Part shown: positions 1-11,100 of the stretch, in pieces
Numbering within the stretch: position 1 is the first letter of the stretch
How the letters are laid out: the number at the start of each line of letters is the position of its first letter
NCBI GenBank assembly: GCA_038321985.1
Contig: JBBQFN010000013.1
Location: 32,001-96,000, forward strand
DNA: 64,000 bases
From: Cyanophyceae cyanobacterium
GTDB taxonomy: Bacteria; Cyanobacteriota; Cyanobacteriia; Cyanobacteriales; Laspinemataceae
Direction: 5' to 3'
Notes under the pieces: model-generated
Seen by the model: only the letters and a program-made list of their open reading frames with translations
Told to the model about the DNA's origin: nothing
The model's database searches: none
Made by a program: the position numbers and the translations under genes

Positions 1-240
1 TCGTTGAAACAGGAAGATGCTAGCACGTAGAACCCGGTAAGCATTCGGCAGGAACGTTACCCCGAGGATTAGACCCACGCCCCACCGCAACCATCGCGAT
101 CGCGGTTTGTGAAACAGCCAAAAACTCAAAGCTACGGGGACTACCGCCAAAAACGTATTCCACACCATAAAGCGATGATTGCCTTGCATCGCGTCCCATG
201 CGACATTCATCCAGTTGATCAGTTGAGCGGTCATAAGCAT
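1..240 (-). CDS. DUF1361-like membrane protein, 5' part (runs off the window)
   Basis: Not in the ORF track. Manual translation from ATG 240 gives MLMTAQLINWMNVAWDAMQGNHRFMVWNTFLAVVPVALSFWLF...GVTFLPNAY, matching the MxWNxFLA...FLPNA pattern of DUF1361. Frame is open to the window edge. Confidence 0.7.
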   Translation of the reverse strand, partial: MLMTAQLINWMNVAWDAMQGNHRFMVWNTFLAVVPVALSFWLFHKPRSRWLRWGVGLILGVTFLPNAYRVLRASIFLFQR

Positions 241-777
241 TCTTCTTTTAGGTATTTCTTCAGGATTGCTTGTTTCCTCCCTTCTATGATATTCATGGAA
301 TTCTCAGAGTTGCGGAGTTGCTGCTTTTCTTGACAATTTCCGGCTTTTGTGGTATATAAAATTTATTAATTTCCCGGGGAGTCGGGCGATCGCAATCAGT
401 CTTTCCTCATGAGTAGATTGAAGCCAAGTTAGAGGCTTTTGGAGGCTCCCTCACCGTTATTGAGCGCCTCCAAGCCCGAAATAAACCTTGACTCTCTCAC
501 CTTCAACTCGCTAGACTAGCTCACAAAACTGATTAGCAATACCAACTTTGGCAAGATGGCTTTCCCCCTCCAGGTATTCTAAGTGAATTAATGCTGGGGT
601 AATTTTAGTCCGTTGATCCCCGTGGGATGGAGCATGACTGATCAAGGATGGCGATCGCCATAAATTAAGTTAAAATTCCTCACTGTCCTCGGGTGAGTGC
701 CACAAGGAGCGCGTGATTTTATCTACCAAAAGGGGTAGAATCCTCTAAGGGGTATTTATTCTTTAGCCTCGCAACGG

Positions 778-1836
778 ATGAAAGGTATGTTCGTTCAGTT
801 ACTTCTACTCGGAACTCTATTCCCCCTGGATATCGCGCAAGCTACGGAAGCAGAACCCTGGCAGGCAGAAGGGTCCGGGGATAAGCTGGAATTCTCCGCA
901 GATGCTCCCCCGCTTCCTACTCTATTTCCCCCCGCCATTGAGGGCGATCGCCCGGGGGTCCTTCTTACCGCCCATGACTTCGGGGAAGGGACGGCTCAAT
1001 TCCCAGGTGAGATAGCCCAAGGAGACCCCTCTCCCCCACCGGAGGGACTCTCTCTTCCCAAAACCACTCCGTTACATCGCGCAATTCCTGGAGAACAACC
1101 CTTTATTCCCGAGCGAGTCCCGTTTCTCCCTCGCACCGATGTTACCAATCAAAGCAAGCCCTATGCGGGTTCTCCTGGCATTACAATCATGATTCCCTCG
1201 GGTTATGGCGCGGGTTGGGGGAGTGCTGGATTTGGTTTGGGTTTACAGGAACGAACTCGGTTTACGAATCAAGGGGATGGGGTTGCCGGATTTGGGATGG
1301 GGTTTGGAAATCCTCGCGAAAATATCGGCTTGACTGTGGGAGTGACAGTGACAGATTTATGGGGAGATACCTTCCAAGATGGCAGCGTCAGCTTAAAATT
1401 GCACCGGCAATTGCCTAATGATTTTGGTATTGCTGCCGGGGTGCAAGGGGCCCTAACTTGGGGTGAAACCGATGGAGGTACTTCTGGGTATGGCGTCGTT
1501 ACTAAACGGTTTGTATTGGATGAACCCGAGGAACCTTTAAGCCAATTATATTTGACCCTGGGTGTAGGGGGTGGACAGTATCGATCCGAGTCGGATATAG
1601 AGGCGGGAGACAATTCCGTAGGACTGTTTGGATCGGTGGCGCTACGGATTGCACCTCCTGTAAGTGCGATCGCCGAATGGACGGGTCAAGATCTCACCTT
1701 GGGAATCTCGGTAGTTCCGTTTCGGAACCTGCCGCTCGTGATTTCTCCAGCCATTACGGACGTAACGGGAAGCGCCGGAGATGGCACTCGGTTTATTCTT
1801 GGCATTGGTTATGGCTTAAACTTTGACCGCTTGTAA
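778..1836 (+). CDS. Exported protein with a predicted outer-membrane beta-barrel C-terminal half (YjbH-like)
   Basis: Signal-peptide-like N-terminus and Pro-rich linker, then Gly-rich alternating hydrophobic strands ending in GIGYGLNF. Confidence 0.6.
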   Translation: MKGMFVQLLLLGTLFPLDIAQATEAEPWQAEGSGDKLEFSADAPPLPTLFPPAIEGDRPGVLLTAHDFGEGTAQFPGEIAQGDPSPPPEGLSLPKTTPLHRAIPGEQPFIPERVPFLPRTDVTNQSKPYAGSPGITIMIPSGYGAGWGSAGFGLGLQERTRFTNQGDGVAGFGMGFGNPRENIGLTVGVTVTDLWGDTFQDGSVSLKLHRQLPNDFGIAAGVQGALTWGETDGGTSGYGVVTKRFVLDEPEEPLSQLYLTLGVGGGQYRSESDIEAGDNSVGLFGSVALRIAPPVSAIAEWTGQDLTLGISVVPFRNLPLVISPAITDVTGSAGDGTRFILGIGYGLNFDRL

Positions 1837-1863
1837 GACAGGCTTTTTTAGAGAAGGAATCTC

Positions 1864-3864
1864 ATGATAAAAATGTGGAACGTAGGCCTGAAATTGGTGA
1901 TGACTGTCACATTGGTGGCGATCGCCGCTGCTCCCGCTATCCCCCAAACGGGTAACCAGTCAGATGTTACGGGACCCCTCCCCGAGCCACCACCGCCAAC
2001 TCCAACTCCAACTCCAACGCCAACGCCAACTCCAACTCCAACGCCAACTCCAACTCCAACTCCAACTCCGATCGCTCCTCCTGGTACGATCGTACCTTTG
2101 CCTTTGCCAACGCCAACTCCAACGCCAACTCCAACGCCAACTCCAACTCCAACTCCAACACCAACACCAACGCCAACACCAACACCAACGCCAACGCCAA
2201 CCCCAACACCAACCCCACCTGGGGAAAACCCGGCGATACCTGTTGACATCCCATCCCCCCTGCCGACTCCGACTCCGGTTCAAACCTTTGAGCCGCTTGA
2301 ACCTCAAGCACCGGATTCTACTCCCGTGGAGGTCATACGGGATAATCCCGAGGTTCCCTTGGAAGAAGTAATTCCTCCGGCACTTGGTGAGGATAATCCT
2401 CCGGAATTGGACCAAACCGAGAGTTCTAACCCCCTTGAAAAGCAGACTTTTGAGAATGAAACTAGCACAACAGGAGACACTCAATCAGGGAATGTGCTTT
2501 CGGGCCAAGAAGTCGATCGCCCTGCTTATGAAACTCAGTTAGCCGTTGCTGATGTTGGGGTGGCGGTTCAGATGTTGGAAGAATATCAAGCAATGGAGTT
2601 TAGCAATTATTTAGAAGTGGAGTTATTTGGGGAAACTGCCACTCCCGATGATATTGCTCAAGCCTTATATGATTTGTGGCAAACAACAGGTCGTAAGAGT
2701 GCATTTATTTATGTTTCAGCTTTGAGTGACCAATTAGAATTGGTGATGATCTTCCCTCAAAATTTTCGGGTAGCAACGGGAAGTTCTGAATTAGTTGCTT
2801 CTACGAATTTGGCTCAAGGGCTGATTGAAAAAGCTGCAAATATAGCCGTTCGCGAGACGGTGCCCAATGTATCCCGAGAACAGCTTCTAGAACAGGTTCA
2901 AAAGTTACGCTCTGAACTGACCAACCCCAGGAAACTCTCCACTAAAAGTTACTTGCCGATGGCGCAACAACTTTATCAATGGGCGATCGCTCCGATGGAA
3001 GCGCACCTGCAAGAAAATGAGATTGATACCCTGGTATTTTCAATGGACTCAGGATTAAGAACCCTTCCTCTTGCTGCTTTACATGATGGGGAACAGTTCC
3101 TCTTGGAAAAATACTCGGTTGCCTTAGTTCCGAGCTTTGGCTTAACTGATATTACTTATTCCGATATTCGGAATCGAGAAATTTTAGGGATGGGTTCGGC
3201 CATATTTGATGACCTAAATCCCCTGCCGGCGGTTCCGACTGAATTGCAAAACATTGTTAGTGAACCCTGGGGCGGAAATATCTTCCTAAATGAAGGATTT
3301 ACAGCGAATAATTTTCGCCAAATTAACCAAGAAAAGCGCTTTGGAATTATTCATTTGGCAACTCATGCTGAATTTCAAGGGGGAGGCTTGGACCAGTCTT
3401 ATATTAAGTTTTACGATAGCCGTATGGGACTGAAAGAAATTCAAGGGTTAGCTACCGAACTCGGCTGGAATACAGCAGAAAATCCCCCCATTGAATTATT
3501 AACCCTGAGTGCTTGTCGCACGGCAGTCGGAGATGTTCAGGCGGAGTTAGGATTTGCCGGGTTAGCTGTGCTTTCTGGGGTAAAGGCATCTCTGGCAAGT
3601 TTTTGGTATGTCAGCGATGGAGGAACCCTGGGATTAATGAGCGAATTTTATTCTCAATTAGGGGAAATTCCCTTCAAAGCAGAAGCTCTACGCGAGGCTC
3701 AATTGGCTCTTTTAAAGGGAGAAGTTCGGATAGAAAATGGAATGTTAGTTCTTTCTAATGGTAAGGCGATCGCCTTGCCACAGGAATTAGTCGAGCAAGG
3801 AAACATGACCCTATCTCATCCTTATTTTTGGTCAGCATTTACTATTGTTGGAAATTGGAACTAA
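1864..3864 (+). CDS. CHAT (caspase-like, clan CD) domain protein with signal peptide and Pro-Thr linker
   Basis: Motifs [26 protein letters not shown] and terminal [14 protein letters not shown]; hydrophobic N-terminus; (PT)n blocks. Confidence 0.9.
   Translation: MIKMWNVGLKLVMTVTLVAIAAAPAIPQTGNQSDVTGPLPEPPPPTPTPTPTPTPTPTPTPTPTPTPTPIAPPGTIVPLPLPTPTPTPTPTPTPTPTPTPTPTPTPTPTPTPTPTPTPPGENPAIPVDIPSPLPTPTPVQTFEPLEPQAPDSTPVEVIRDNPEVPLEEVIPPALGEDNPPELDQTESSNPLEKQTFENETSTTGDTQSGNVLSGQEVDRPAYETQLAVADVGVAVQMLEEYQAMEFSNYLEVELFGETATPDDIAQALYDLWQTTGRKSAFIYVSALSDQLELVMIFPQNFRVATGSSELVASTNLAQGLIEKAANIAVRETVPNVSREQLLEQVQKLRSELTNPRKLSTKSYLPMAQQLYQWAIAPMEAHLQENEIDTLVFSMDSGLRTLPLAALHDGEQFLLEKYSVALVPSFGLTDITYSDIRNREILGMGSAIFDDLNPLPAVPTELQNIVSEPWGGNIFLNEGFTANNFRQINQEKRFGIIHLATHAEFQGGGLDQSYIKFYDSRMGLKEIQGLATELGWNTAENPPIELLTLSACRTAVGDVQAELGFAGLAVLSGVKASLASFWYVSDGGTLGLMSEFYSQLGEIPFKAEALREAQLALLKGEVRIENGMLVLSNGKAIALPQELVEQGNMTLSHPYFWSAFTIVGNWN
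1996..2217 (+). repeat. Two blocks of hexamer CCAAC(T/G/A) repeats encoding (Pro-Thr)n
   Basis: Tandem hexamers visible at about 1996-2070 and 2107-2217. Confidence 0.95.
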
Positions 3865-3874
3865 TTGTAGGTAA

Positions 3875-3912
3875 CTAGAGTAATCGCGAGCGAATGCCCC
3901 CGATTACTCTAG
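3875..3912 (+). terminator. Stem-loop after the CHAT gene
   Basis: 12-bp perfect inverted repeat CTAGAGTAATCG/CGATTACTCTAG starting 11 nt after the stop codon. Confidence 0.6.
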
Positions 3913-3961
3913 CGGCTCAGAGGGATAACATTAGAGTAGAATAGCGATTAGCCTCTAAAAT

Positions 3962-4870
3962 ATGAAAACAATTCGCTTTGTCGATTTATTTGCAGATATC
4001 GGGGGCATCAGATTAGCTTTTGAAAAAACAGTGGGGAAACTTAGTTTCAAAACTCACTGTATTTTAAGGAGCAAAATTAATCCCGATTCTTGCTTTATTT
4101 ACCCGTAAAATTTCGGCGAGTCTCCCCAGGTGATATTTGCCAAATTGAAAAACTTCCCCCCCATGATGTGTTATTAGCCGGCTTCCCTTGTCAGTCTTTT
4201 TCTTATGCGGGTAAAAAATCCGGACTTGATGATATTTGAGCCACTTTTTTTTGTAAAATAATTCCATTAATTAACAGTTATAAACCCAGCGCTTTTATTT
4301 TAGAAAATGTGCGCGCTTTTTTAACAAATGATGGGGCTAAAACCCTCACTACTATCAAACCTAAACTTCAAGTCCGGGGCTACAGTTTCGATGTGTTTTT
4401 ACTAAATAGCGCTAATTTTGAACTTCCCCAAAATCGCCTACGAGTTTATCTGATGGGTTTGTTAGGAGTTTCTCCTAAATTTAAATTAAGGTCTGACCCC
4501 GGCCCAAAAAATGCTCATTAATTTAGAACAGATTTTAGAGTCGTTAGTGCGTAAAAATTATTTAAAAATGGTTCATGGTAAATATAAACCTGGATTAGAT
4601 AATTTTTACTTTGAGGTTTATAAATTTCTCGATCCCCATAAAATTGCAGTAATTTCAGTTGCCCGCGAGGGGAATAAATGGGGGGTTTATCATCAGGGCA
4701 GGGTGAGGGGAATTACGCCAAGGGAAGCGGCAAGATTGCAAGGATTTCCTAATAATTTTATTTTACATCCAAAGACCGATAATGCTTATTATCATCGGGG
4801 AAATTCGGTTAGTATTAATGGGTTGGAAGCGGTGGCACCGGACGTTTTTTTAATTTATGGGCTGAAGTAA
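3962..4870 (+). pseudogene. Degraded DNA (cytosine-5)-methyltransferase
   Basis: Motif [50 protein letters not shown] and X GNSV occur in order, interrupted by stops (4106, 4237) and frameshifts (about 4129 and about 4510). Confidence 0.9.
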
Positions 4871-5163
4871 AAGGTATGAGATGAAGAGAAATTATCAGGG
4901 GCGAAGTGGGCGGGGTTAGCCATCCCAAAAGCCGAAGCCCGGTATAAAAAAACTACTCAATCCCTGAATTGGTTATGATGGAAGAACTTAAATGGTCTAA
5001 CGTTTGCATCGACTTCGGGGTAATGAACGAAATCATCGACCGGATTGCTGTTGATCGTGCCCTAATTTTAAAATGCTGGGTTAGTAGTGGCCCTTAAGTG
5101 CGGGATGGAAATTTGATGATCCGATTATTTTACCTTTGATTCCTTAAATTAAATTATAAAGTT

Positions 5164-8100
5164 ATGAATCCCTCTGAAACTGCGGATACTATCTTAATCC
5201 TAGACGAAACTCCCGAACATCTTCTGCTGCTAACTGAAGTATTGACGGAACGGGGGTATGCTGTTCGTCGGGCCTTGGAGGGGGCTGCCGCGATCGCCTC
5301 GGCCATCGCCCACCCACCGGATCTCATTTTACTCGATATTTTGATGGCCGAAACCGATGGCTATGAAGTCTGTAAACGCCTCAAAAGTGCTGATCGCACC
5401 CGGGATATTCCAATCATTTTTATAACCCCATTAAATGATGCACTTGATAAAGTCAAAGCCTTTTCTCTGGGGGCAGTTGATTATATTACAAAACCCTTTG
5501 AGGTGGAAGAAGTTATTGCGCGGATTGAGAATCAACTGCGGTTACGATCGCTGCAAAGACAACTGGAAGAAAAAAATCATCGTCTCGAACAAGAAATCCG
5601 CGATCGCCTCACCGCAGAAAAGGCCCTTCAAGACCGGGCGGAAGAACTCCGCATTCAAAATACTCTCTTAACCGAACTTGCCAAAAGTCCCTCCCTTTAT
5701 CAAGGTGATCTACAAGCGGCCTTTCACGAACTGATCGCCGCTGCCGTTAACTATTTAGACCTAGATCGCGCCGGGGTTTGGCTGTATGACGAGGACGGAA
5801 CCCGACTGGAACGCTTAGCCAGCTTTGAAAAACATATCGAAGGGGTGGAAACAGCTAATCTGGGGATTTTAGCCCATTATTTAGCCGAACTGCAAGCCAC
5901 GTCAATGGACTCTCTCACGTTTGTTTGCAACCCTTATCCCGTAGAAGAAGACCCCACGAACTCCACCCCGAAACCCTTCCCCATGGGTTCCCTGGGACTT
6001 GCGCCGATCCGCCAGGATGGTCAAACGATTGGGGTATTAGAAAATGCTAGGGTTACCGGCGATCGCCTGTGGACGGCAGGGGAGGAGAACTTTATCCGGT
6101 CCCTTGCGGACTTGGCTGCCGTGACCCTGCAAGCCGAAAAACGACAAAGGGCCGATCGCCAGCGTCAGATGACAGAGGAAACGTTAGCTTTAGCCTTTCG
6201 CGCTTGTCCCGATGCAGTCGCCATTCTGTCTGTGCCCGATTTTCGCTATGTCCAAGTCAACGATAGCTTTTGTGAGCAACGGGGATATAATCGAGGGGAA
6301 ATTATCGGAAAAACGGCCCAAGAACTGAATTTTTTTGTCAACTTAAACGATTTAACTCAGTTAACCATAGAGTGTCAAAACCAGGGCAACTTCCCTAACT
6401 TAGAAAGCCAAATTCGTACTAAAAATGGGGAGATCAAAACTCTATTAATCTGCGCCGAATCCATTAATTTAAATGGAAATTCTGGGATTTTGGCCTTTAG
6501 CAAAGATATCACCGAGCGCGAACGAAGTCGAATCGCGATCGAACAACAATTACATCGCAGTAACTTATTGCGCGAAATCACCGATCGCATCCGCAGCAAA
6601 ATCGAAACTCAGCATATTTTTGAAACAGCGGCAACCGCTATCGGGCGGGCATTTCAAGTCTGTCGCTGCTTGATTCACTCCTACATCCCCCAACCCGTTC
6701 CCACGGTTCCAGTCATTGGCGAATATTTAAGCCCGGGTCATCCCTCCCTCAAATCCCTAAGCATTACCCTAGCTGACAATCCGTACTTGAAACGGGTGAT
6801 TTCCCGGGAACGAGCGATCGCTTGTGAGGACCTCCAAGCTGAACCCTTCTGGGCTAGGAGGAATTCTATTCAACAATCCATCCCCATTCAGTCCATACTG
6901 GGGGTGGGAATTTTTTATCAAGGCAAAGCTAATGGAATTATCAGCTTGCATCAGTGCGATCAGCCTCGGGAGTGGACCAGGGAAGAAACCGAACTACTAG
7001 AGGCGATCGCCGCTCAACTTGGCATTGCGATCGCCCAAGCGCAACTGTGGGACAATGAAAAACAAACCCGGATGGCCTTTGAACACCAAAATATCCAGTT
7101 ACAACGGGAAATTGCCGAACGCAGGCTAGCTCAAAAAGCCCTCAAACAAAGCGAACAGAAATATCGCGCCCTTGTCAATACCTCACAAGATGTGATTTGG
7201 TCCATAAACTCTCGGGGATGCTATACTTTTGTTAATCCGGCGGTGGAAAAAATTTATGGCTATACACCCGCTCAAATTATCGGGCACAAATTCCCTCAAT
7301 TTGTGTCCCTGAAACGCCGGGAGGTTGATCGCAAGGCACTGCGCCAGGTGTTACGGGAAGGAAAACCCCTCCTTCAGTATGAAACCATCCATCAGCGTCA
7401 AGACGGTAAAGAGATATATGTACTGGTCAACGCGATCCCCTTACGAGACTCCGAAGGTCGGATTAAAGGCGCAACAGGAACCACCGTCGAAATTACGGAA
7501 CGCCGACAGCAGGAAGAAGCCCTGCGCGCAATGGTAGAAGGTAGCGCGGCCAGCACAGGAACCGAATACTTCCGGGCCTGTGTTCGGTCCCTTGCTAACG
7601 TTCTGCAAGTCAAATATGCCCTGCTTGTTGAATGCACCAGTCAGAGTCATCAAATGGTACGTTCTCTGGCCTTTTGGACCGGAACCGGCTGGAGTGAAAC
7701 AATTGAGTACCCCCTGGAAGGAACCCCTTGTGAGAACGCCCTGAAAACGCGCCAAGCCTGCTATTATCCCCAAGCTGTCCAACAGCTATTTCCGAGGGAT
7801 TTGGACTTAAAAACCCTCAATGCCGAGAGTTATATCGGCATTCCCATCCAAACCGCCACCGGTCATATTTTAGGACACTTGGCGATCCTCGACGTTAAGC
7901 CGATGTTCGCAACGGCTCACACTGAATCAATTTTAAAACTTTTTGCCGATCGCGCTGCTACGGAAATTCAACGACTCAAATCCGAGCAAGCCTTGCAACA
8001 TAGTGAGCAAAGATTTCGAGCCATTTTTAATTCCATGTTCCAATTTATCGGCTTACTCAATCCCGATGGCACTGTGCTAGAACTGAATCAAACAGCCCTC

Positions 8101-11100
8101 AACTTTATCGGGTTGGAACAAGCACAGGTAGTGGGTCAGCCCTTGTGGACACTGCCTTGGTGGAACCGTTCGGTAGCGCTGCAACAGCAACTGATGGAGG
8201 CGACCTCTTTGGCCTCTAAAGGGGAATTTATCCGGTATCAAGTCGAGGCCACGGGGGCAACAGGGGTCACCCTCGCCCTTGACTTCTCCCTTAAACCCGT
8301 CTTTAATGACCAGTCTGAGGTAATCTTGCTGATTCCCGAGGGACGAGATATCAGCGATCGCGTTTCTGCTCAAGTCCAGTTACAACGGACCACTGAACGC
8401 CTGAAATATTTGCTCAGTTCTAGTCCGGCAATTATTTATAGTGCGGAAGTTTTCGGCAGCTTTCGCACCACCTTTATCAGTGAAAATGTGGAAACGATTT
8501 TGGGATATAAAGTGCGAGACTTTTTAGAAAACTCTAATTTTTGGGCGGATCGAATTCATCCAGAAGACCGCGATCGCGTCCTGGAAAAATTACCCCTCCG
8601 GTTAGGACAAGGCTTTCATTCCGAGGAATATCGGTTTCTTCATGCAGACGGAACCTATCGCTGGTTTGACGATCGCATCCAGTTAGTGCGAGATCAAAGC
8701 GGAAATCCTCGGGAGTGCGTGGGGTATTGGATCGATATCACCGAGCGCAAAATCGCACAAGAGGCATTCCAGGCTAGTCAGCGCCGTTATCAAACCTTAG
8801 CAGAAACCTCCCCAGTCTGTATTTTCCACACCGATGCTCAAGGCCACTGTCTATACGTTAATCAAAAGTGGAGTCAGATCACCGGACTACCTCTGGCAGA
8901 AGCGACGGGAAACGGTTGGACGAGTAGTCTACATCCAGAAGACCGCGATCGCGTCTTTGAGGAGTGGAATCGGGCGGCAAGGGAGGGAGTCTCCTTTAAG
9001 TCCGAGTATCGGTTCTGGCGTCCAGATGGAGAAATTACCTGGGTCATCGGTCAGGCGATCGCAGAAACCAACCCCGATGGCACGATTAAAGGCTACATCG
9101 GCACAATTTCCGATATTAGTGAGCGTAAACTCGCCGAAGATGACCTCTTAGAACAGTCGGAACGCGATCGCGCCATTTTTACCCTGTTCCAGCGAATGCG
9201 CCAAACCTTGAAACTCGACCAGATTTTTGCCGCTACAACCGAGGACTTACGGCAACTCCTAGAGAGCGATCGCGTCTTAGTATATCGCTGCCCTCCTGAA
9301 CCCAACATGACCTCAGTCTGGGAGTCCGTGGGTCAGGACTGGATGCCCTTAATGCCATCGCCCGACCCGAACTCACCCCCGGAACTGAGCAGTCCGTGGC
9401 GGGCAGATGCTGAAGCTGCCCTCACATCCTGGAAATCCACCCTAGAATCCCGAAAACAGGGCGACTGCGGCCCGGAACCCTTGTATCCCCACCCCTCGAA
9501 TTTGCCTTGTCTGGTTGCGGAAAACATTGAGGGGGCGGATTTGAACCCCGAGGAACTCCAACATCTCCATCAACTACAAGCAAGCGCTTATCTGATTGCC
9601 CCTATTTTTACTCGCACTCAACTGTGGGGACTGTTGGCAATTTATCAAAATAGCGGTCCTCGCCATTGGAAACAAGCAGACCTGAATATTGCCATTCAAA
9701 TTGCCACTCAACTCGGAGTGGCCTTGCAGCAGGCTCAACTGCTCGAACGAACTCAAAAACAAGCCGAAGCCCTTCAAAAAGCCGCCCTAGCAGCGGATAC
9801 CGCCAACCGCGCCAAAAGCGAATTTCTCGCCAATATGAGCCACGAGCTCCGGACCCCCCTCAACGCTATCCTCGGGTTTTCCCAAGTCATGACCCGCGAT
9901 CGCTCCCTCAATACCCAACAAGCGGAACAATTACGGATTATCAATCGGGCTGGAGAACACCTGTTAGATTTAATTAATGACATCCTAGAAATGTCGAAAA
10001 TTGAAGCAGGGCGCACCAGCTTTTATGAAACCAGCTTCGATCTACTGGAGTTGTTAGAAAGCCTAAAAACCATGCTGCGACCCAAAGCAAAATCTAAAGG
10101 GTTACAGCTTGATTTTGAGGTGGACCCCCAGGTGCCCCCGCATATCAAAACCGATGAAGCAAAGCTGCGACAGGTGTTAATTAATATGTTGGGAAATGCG
10201 ATTAAATTTACCCAAACCGGGGGGATCTATCTACGGGTTTGGAGAGGGATTGTGGACCGAAACCCGGAACCGGAAATATCCCACAGCGACTGTCTTTCAA
10301 AACTTTACTTTGAAATCGAAGACACAGGGCCAGGAATTGCTACCCACGAAATGCACCGCCTATTTGAACCTTTTGGACAAACCGAAACCGGGCTGAAATC
10401 CGGGCAAGGCACGGGACTGGGGTTACCGATCAGTAAAAAATTTGTGGAACTGATGGGGGGAGACATTCACGTTCGGAGCACCCCGGGTCAAGGAACAGTG
10501 TTTTCCTTTGATGTGAACCTCCGCCAAGCTGAAGCCGTGGAGGTTCCTAAGCGGGAGTCTAGACCCCAGGCAGTCGCCTTAGCACCGGATCAACCGGAAT
10601 GTCGGATTTTAGCCGTGGATGATGTCTTTGAAAGCCGTTTGTTGCTGATCACCCTGTTTTCCAAACTGGGTTTTTCCGTGCGCGAGGCAGCCAGCGGTCG
10701 TGAAGCCCTGGAAATCTGGGAAAATTGGGACCCGCACTTAATTTGGATGGATATGAGAATGCCTGACATCGATGGATATCAAGCTACAAAGTACATTAAA
10801 TCCACGGCTAAAGGTCAAGACACCGTGGTGATCGCGTTAACCGCCAGCGCCTTTGCGGAAGACCGCCAACTTGTCCTCGCTGCCGGATGTAATGACTTTA
10901 TTCACAAACCTTTTCGCGCAGAAGAGTTACTCTCCAAGGTCTACGAGCATCTAGGGGTACGATATATTTATGATGAGCCATTAGAGTGCGACTTTGACAA
11001 CACTCGGCAAGGTTTGATGGAGGATTCACCCTTTACCCTGACTTCCCAATCCTTCCAAGTCATGCCCCCAGATTGGGTGGTCCGTGTTTATGCGGCAGCC

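Noticed and set aside
109..333. 74-aa plus-strand ORF
   Set aside because: Overlaps the better-supported minus-strand DUF1361-like gene.
1996..2217. Possible CRISPR-like array
   Set aside because: No spacers; it is a coding microsatellite. No repeat-spacer array was seen anywhere in the window.
1848..2484. ORFs with (GV)n, (WS/WR)n, (QL)n and (LE/LA)n repeats
   Set aside because: Shadow frames of the Pro-Thr hexamer repeat in the CHAT gene.
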